From an uncultured Pseudomonadota bacterium (lineage in GTDB: Bacteria; Pseudomonadota; Alphaproteobacteria; Rs-D84), in the NCBI GenBank assembly GCA_947306185.1, contig CAMZFU010000001.1, forward strand, positions 23,952 to 87,951: a stretch of DNA of 64,000 nucleotides, written 5' to 3'. The position numbers were made by a program, and so were the translations under genes. The notes beneath the pieces are model-generated. The model was not told the origin of the DNA. It did no database searches and worked only from the letters and a program-made list of their open reading frames with translations. This document shows positions 58,981-64,000 of the stretch, piece by piece (within the stretch, counting starts at the first letter, position 1; each line of letters begins with the position of its first letter).

Positions 58981-59934
58981 ATGTTACAAGAAAAAATTAA
59001 AGAAATAGAATCGTTGGATGAATTACAGGAACTCTATACGTCTGTGTATGGTAAAAACGGCACAATGACCGCACGCCTTAAAGAGATGAAAAATCTTGGT
59101 AATGAAGAACGCGCCGAATTAAACCGTGAAAATACAGAATTGCGCGAATTGTTTAAATCACGCCAGGCCGAATTAGAATTGGCGGAAATGAACGCGTCGT
59201 TGGCAATGCAAAAATTAGACGTAACCTTGGACGGTGAACCGGAAAATCGTGGAACACTGCACCCGGTTACACAATCTTTCAAAGAAGCCATAGCGATATT
59301 TGAATCTATGGGGTATACCCTTATGACTGGCCCTGAAATCGAAGATGATTGGCACAATTTTACGGCGTTAAATACCCCGGATTATCATCCTGCACGTGAT
59401 ATGCAAGATACATTTTTTCTTGAAAACGGAAACGTTATGCGTACCCAAACATCGGCGATTCAAATTCGTGCGATGGAAAAATTAGGTGCGCCAATCAAAA
59501 TTTTTGCGGTTGGTAATTGTTACCGCAAAGAATTAGATGCGACACATTCGGCTATGTTTGACCAACTGGAGGGTCTGTATGTTGATAAAGTTGAAAAAAA
59601 TATAAATTTATCTGATTTGTTGGGAACAATGCGCGTTTTTGCATCAAAGTTTTTCAATAAGGATGTAGATTTGCGTATTCGTCCGTCATATTTTCCTTTC
59701 ACCGACCCCAGCATAGAGGTTGATATGAAATGGGGTGATAGATGGCTTGAATTATTGTGTGGTGGTATGGTTCATCCAAATGTTTTGCGTAATTGTGGCA
59801 TTGACCCAGAAAAATACCAAGGGTTCGCTTTTGGATTTGGTTGGGACAGATTGGCAATGTTGAAATATGGATTAAACGATATTCGGGCCTTTACTGATGG
59901 CGATATTCGTTGGTTAAAGAATAGCGGTTTTTAA
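58981..59934 (+). CDS. pheS: Phenylalanine--tRNA ligase alpha subunit
   Basis: Class II motifs. C-terminus FGFGWDRLAMLKYGLNDIR. Confidence 0.9.
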   Translation: MLQEKIKEIESLDELQELYTSVYGKNGTMTARLKEMKNLGNEERAELNRENTELRELFKSRQAELELAEMNASLAMQKLDVTLDGEPENRGTLHPVTQSFKEAIAIFESMGYTLMTGPEIEDDWHNFTALNTPDYHPARDMQDTFFLENGNVMRTQTSAIQIRAMEKLGAPIKIFAVGNCYRKELDATHSAMFDQLEGLYVDKVEKNINLSDLLGTMRVFASKFFNKDVDLRIRPSYFPFTDPSIEVDMKWGDRWLELLCGGMVHPNVLRNCGIDPEKYQGFAFGFGWDRLAMLKYGLNDIRAFTDGDIRWLKNSGF

Positions 59935-59949
59935 TAATAGGGGACGAAA

Positions 59950-62256
59950 ATGAAATGGACTTTTGATTGGTTACAAGATTATTTGAAAACGAATTTATCT
60001 GCATCTGAAATTGCGGATATGCTTACCCGCACCGGATTGGAAGTCGAAGATTTAATTGCACCGGTTGCACCAATTGCGGCAAAAATCGTTGAATGTCGCC
60101 CACATGAAAACAGCGACCATTTGCATGTGTTAATGGTTGATGATGGTTCAGGTACCCTGCGCCAGGTTGTATGCGGTGCACCAAATGTACGTGTTGGTTT
60201 AATATCTGCATTGGCAATTCCTGGTTGTGTTATCGAAGGTCATGAAATACAAAGTGGTAAACTGCGTGGTGTATTGTCTGATGGTATGATGTGCAGTGGT
60301 CGCGAACTGGGCGTAAATGATGACCACAGTGGTATTATCGAATTGCCAGAAGATACAGAAATAGGCAGTGCGGTTATTGAATGCCCAACGATTTTTGATG
60401 CAGGCATTACACCAAACCGTCCGGACTATTTGGCTGTGCGTGGTGTTGCACGTGATTTGTCTGCGGCCGGTGCGGGTGAATATATTGCGCCACAAGATGA
60501 CACGTTCGAGATATCTGGCAAGGCGCGTAATGTTAATATAAAAACAGATAAGTGCCGTGCATATAAATTGGCGGAAATTCACGGTATATCAATGGCCAAA
60601 AGTTGTGATAAAATTGCATCACGCCTTGCCGCGATTGGTATAAACCCAAAAAATGCGCCAATTGATGCGACGAATTATATTTGCTATGATATGGCGCAAC
60701 CTATGCATTGTTTTGATGCCGATGAAATACATGGCGATATAATTGTTCGTCTTGCGAATGCCGGCGAAGAATTTACCGACCTGTTTGGCAATAAACACGA
60801 ATTGCACGATAAGGACATAGTTATTGCAGATGCCGATGGTATATTGGCATTGGCCGGTGTTGTTGGTGGTGCACGTGGTATGACAACCGATAACACAAAA
60901 AATATTATATTGGAAAGTGCATATTTTGACCCGGTTTGTGTCCGTAAAACCGCAAAACGTTTGGGCATATCAACCGATGCATCATACAGATATGAACGTG
61001 GAATTGACCCAACAATTACAGGTCCCGCATTGATGTGCACGGTAAAGATTATAACTGATGCGTGTGGTGGCAATGTTATTGGGTACAATGCGGCGGGTAT
61101 TGATACACCATTGAACCCAGAAATAGATTTTGCACCAGATGTATTTTTCAAGAAAACCGGTATAGAAATGCCAATTGATGAAATGCAAAACATTTTATTG
61201 CGCTTGGGATATACCGGAAAAATGGACGGAAAGTCGTGGAAAATCACCGCACCAAATTCACGTGTAGATGTTCAGATTCCTGAAACAGTCGTTGCAGATT
61301 TAATACGTATATACGGTTATGATAAGGTAGGATTAAATTATGTTCCTGAAAAAGTCGTTCCTGTGGAACATAACAATCTTAATATACCGCTTAAAGAAAA
61401 ATTGGCCGCGCGTGGATTAAACGAATCAATTACATTTGGTTTTGGTAATTCGCGTGTCGAAGAAATATTAACAAATAAACCAATTATTCGTATCGCTAAT
61501 CCTATAATTGTTGATTTAGATACGGCGCGTAATGGTTTGTTGGGGAATTTATTAATTGCGGTGTCAAACAATGAAAAACGTGGATATCCAGATTTGAACT
61601 TGTTCGAATTGGGAACCGTATTTGATGGCGATATTCCGAACGAACAACATACCGGAATATGTATTGTTCGCAGTGGCGTAACATCACCAAAGCATTGGCA
61701 AAAGCGCAATCGTTCGGTTGATATATACGATGTTAAATCAGATATAGTTTCATTATTAAACGGTCAGAATTTTACCATTGAAACGGAAAATCCGCCACTT
61801 TGGGCACACCCATATCGTTATGGTGCGCTGTACCAGGGTAAAAAGAAATTGGCGGAATTTGGCGAATTGCATCCATCCGTTGCCAAGAAATTAAAGATAA
61901 AAACCAATGTGGTTATTGGCATTGTTGAAAATATCGACGCCCTGCCCCGCCCGACGGTAAAGCGAAAATCGATAAAACTTGGTGAATTTCAACCGGTAAC
62001 ACGTGATTTTGCGTTTATTGTGCCAAACGATTTTCCGGCGGCAAAGTTGGTTGCGGCAGCACAAGGCGCGTCCAACCTGATATCCGACGTGGTTGTGTTT
62101 GATTCATTTGAAATGCCGGATGGCCAGAAATCTGTGGCGTTCACGACAACTATCATTCCGACCGAAAAGATGTCCGAAGACGATTTGGCAAAATTACATA
62201 GCGATATAATCGCGGCGGTTGAAAAGAAATGCCCGGCAAAGGTTCGCGATAAATAG
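59950..62256 (+). CDS. pheT: Phenylalanine--tRNA ligase beta subunit
   Basis: 768 aa. tRNA-binding N-domain, B3/4 and B5 regions, C-terminal FDX-ACB-like domain. Follows pheS. Confidence 0.9.
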   Translation: MKWTFDWLQDYLKTNLSASEIADMLTRTGLEVEDLIAPVAPIAAKIVECRPHENSDHLHVLMVDDGSGTLRQVVCGAPNVRVGLISALAIPGCVIEGHEIQSGKLRGVLSDGMMCSGRELGVNDDHSGIIELPEDTEIGSAVIECPTIFDAGITPNRPDYLAVRGVARDLSAAGAGEYIAPQDDTFEISGKARNVNIKTDKCRAYKLAEIHGISMAKSCDKIASRLAAIGINPKNAPIDATNYICYDMAQPMHCFDADEIHGDIIVRLANAGEEFTDLFGNKHELHDKDIVIADADGILALAGVVGGARGMTTDNTKNIILESAYFDPVCVRKTAKRLGISTDASYRYERGIDPTITGPALMCTVKIITDACGGNVIGYNAAGIDTPLNPEIDFAPDVFFKKTGIEMPIDEMQNILLRLGYTGKMDGKSWKITAPNSRVDVQIPETVVADLIRIYGYDKVGLNYVPEKVVPVEHNNLNIPLKEKLAARGLNESITFGFGNSRVEEILTNKPIIRIANPIIVDLDTARNGLLGNLLIAVSNNEKRGYPDLNLFELGTVFDGDIPNEQHTGICIVRSGVTSPKHWQKRNRSVDIYDVKSDIVSLLNGQNFTIETENPPLWAHPYRYGALYQGKKKLAEFGELHPSVAKKLKIKTNVVIGIVENIDALPRPTVKRKSIKLGEFQPVTRDFAFIVPNDFPAAKLVAAAQGASNLISDVVVFDSFEMPDGQKSVAFTTTIIPTEKMSEDDLAKLHSDIIAAVEKKCPAKVRDK

Positions 62257-62312
62257 TTGTTATACTAAATCCTTGCAATCGTCAAATTCTTTGTTATAAT
62301 GGCGGTTGCCTT

Positions 62313-62389
62313 GGGTGGTTAGCTCAGTTGGTTAGAGCGTTACGTTGACATCGTAAAGGTCGTTGGTTCGAGTCCAATACCACCCACCA
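62313..62389 (+). tRNA. tRNA-Val (anticodon GAC)
   Basis: GGGTGGTTAGCTCAGTTGGTTAGAGCGTTACGTTGACATCGTAAAGGTCGTTGGTTCGAGTCCAATACCACCCACCA. Clean cloverleaf. TTGCAA-N16-TATAAT promoter upstream. Confidence 0.9.
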
Positions 62390-62463
62390 TTATAAATTAG
62401 GAATAAAAAGTACAATGCGAATGCAAAAATAATTTTCAACATAAACTAAAACGGGATTCTTTG

Positions 62464-62492
62464 GGACGCCCCGTTTGGCGTCCATTTTTCGT
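62464..62492 (+). terminator. Terminator after tRNA-Val
   Basis: GGACGCCccgtttGGCGTCCatttttc. Confidence 0.7.
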
Positions 62493-62509
62493 AAAAGGAC
62501 GGGCAAAAA

Positions 62510-64000
62510 ATGAGTGAAAAATATCTTATAACATCGGCATTACCATATGTTAATAATCAGTTGCATATTGGGCATCTTATTGGTTGTTTATTACCAAGTG
62601 ATGTTTATGCGCGTTTTTGCCGTGCGATGGGACGCGATGTTTTATATATTGGTGGTTCCGATGAACATGGTACAACGTCTGAAATTGGCGCAACACGCGA
62701 AAATATGCCTGTGGAAGAATATGTTGAAAAATATCGCGCAAAGCATTTGGATGCAGTGCGTGATTTCAAATTGTCTTTCAATTTATATGGTCGTACACAT
62801 ACCGCGCAGCATGAAAAACTGATGCACGAATTGTTTAACCGTCTTGATTCATTGGGCATGATAGAAGAAAAGGCATCTATGCAGCCATATTCTGTAAATG
62901 AAAAGAAATTCTTGGCGGACCGTTATGTTATCGGTACATGTCCGTTTTGCGGATATGAAAAGGCATATGGAAACGAATGTGAAAAATGTGGTGCGTCATT
63001 AGATCCTTCTGATTTGAAAAATCCGCATAGTGCAATTGACCCTTCATCACCAGTTGAAATGCGCGAAACCAAGCATCTGTATTTTAGACTTAGCAAGATG
63101 CAGGATAAATTACGTGCATGGATAAATTCTCGGCAAGGATGGCCAAAAACCGCAATTAAAATTGCGAACAAATGGTTGGACGAAGGATTACATGATAACC
63201 CAATCACACGTGATTTAAAATGGGGTATTTCGGTAAATAAACCCGGATATGAAAATAAAGTTTTCTATGTATGGTTTGATGCACCGTGGGGTTATGTTTC
63301 TATTTCACAAATTGCGACACCGGATTGGGCGTCATGGTGGAAAAACCCAGATTGTCATTACACACAGTTTATGGCCAAAGATAATGTATCTTTCCATTCG
63401 GTGTTTTTTCCTGCCCAAGAATTGGCAATGGATGATAATTGGAAAACAGTTGATGTGTTGAAAGGTCAAAACTTTCTGAACTTTAATGGTGCAAAAATTT
63501 CCAAATCGACTGGTAATGGAATATTTTTGGACGAGGCATTATCAATCGCGCCAAGCGATTGTTGGCGGTATGCATTGCTCGCATCTGCGCCTGAAACAGA
63601 TGATACAGATTTTACAATGACGCGTTTCGCCGAAATTGTGAACAAAGATTTGAACGGGTTGTTGGGCAACTTTGTTTCACGTGTGTGTAAATTATCCGCC
63701 AAGAATTTTGGTGATGTCGTGCCAAATGCGGGTGCGCGTGATGCGGAACTTGATGGTCGCATAAACGAAAAATTGGCGGAATTAACCAGTGCATTAGAGG
63801 CATGTGAATTCCGTAAAACGATAACCGCATTACGTGATATTTATGGTATTGCAAATGAATATATGACATTAAAAGAACCGTGGACATTGGTTAAAAATGG
63901 CGATATGGATGGCGCGGCCGCAGTGCTAAACGAATGCTTTCAAATGATAGATTTATTTGCGCGTGTATCTGCGCCGATTATTCCGGATGCAGCGGAAAAG
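62510..64000 (+). CDS. metG: Methionine--tRNA ligase (3' end beyond window)
   Basis: MSEKYLITSALPYVNNQLHIGHLIG (HIGH). Zinc knuckles CPFCG…CEKCG. KISKS (KMSKS). Runs off window end. Confidence 0.9.
   Translation, partial: MSEKYLITSALPYVNNQLHIGHLIGCLLPSDVYARFCRAMGRDVLYIGGSDEHGTTSEIGATRENMPVEEYVEKYRAKHLDAVRDFKLSFNLYGRTHTAQHEKLMHELFNRLDSLGMIEEKASMQPYSVNEKKFLADRYVIGTCPFCGYEKAYGNECEKCGASLDPSDLKNPHSAIDPSSPVEMRETKHLYFRLSKMQDKLRAWINSRQGWPKTAIKIANKWLDEGLHDNPITRDLKWGISVNKPGYENKVFYVWFDAPWGYVSISQIATPDWASWWKNPDCHYTQFMAKDNVSFHSVFFPAQELAMDDNWKTVDVLKGQNFLNFNGAKISKSTGNGIFLDEALSIAPSDCWRYALLASAPETDDTDFTMTRFAEIVNKDLNGLLGNFVSRVCKLSAKNFGDVVPNAGARDAELDGRINEKLAELTSALEACEFRKTITALRDIYGIANEYMTLKEPWTLVKNGDMDGAAAVLNECFQMIDLFARVSAPIIPDAAEK

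Overview
Low-GC bacterial chromosomal window. The housekeeping genes look alphaproteobacterial, possibly from a Rickettsiales- or Holosporales-like intracellular lineage (inference from protein similarity only). Conserved backbone genes: uvrB (partial), aspS, gyrB, lpxC-lpxK, dnaG-topA-rodA-mrdA-mreD-mreC, rpmI-rplT-pheS-pheT, tRNA-Val, metG (partial), ychF, rpmJ, ung, lrgAB, galE. Interleaved with these are several accessory or unusual segments. (1) A four-gene type IVb-pilus-like assembly core (bitopic protein, periplasmic protein, PilB/GspE-class ATPase, platform protein) inserted between gyrB and lpxC. (2) An island-like segment (28.5-41.4 kb) carrying a 1595-aa protein that fuses an M48-type HExxH metalloprotease domain to an ABC1/UbiB-type atypical kinase domain, an MYG1-like hydrolase, two large paralogous hypothetical proteins sharing a ~200-aa C-terminal module, an ASCH + deoxyribosyltransferase-like gene pair and a tRNA-fMet. 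(3) An orphan virB3-virB4 type IV secretion module whose upstream region carries an array of TTTTCAACA/TTTTCCACA 9-mers. (4) Two tRNA genes (Met-CAU and fMet) each followed ~170 bp downstream by a ~20-30 nt direct copy of their own 3' end including CCA, the classic attL/attR signature of integrative elements but here enclosing only ~150 bp. (5) A block of three base-excision-repair genes (AlkD-like, HhH-GPD glycosylase, Ung) co-oriented with a 766-aa internally repetitive acidic protein. (6) Tandem overlapping secreted proteins with glycine-zipper segments. Four tRNAs and an unlisted 44-aa rpmJ gene were found by eye. All functional calls rest on remembered family motifs, not on database searches.
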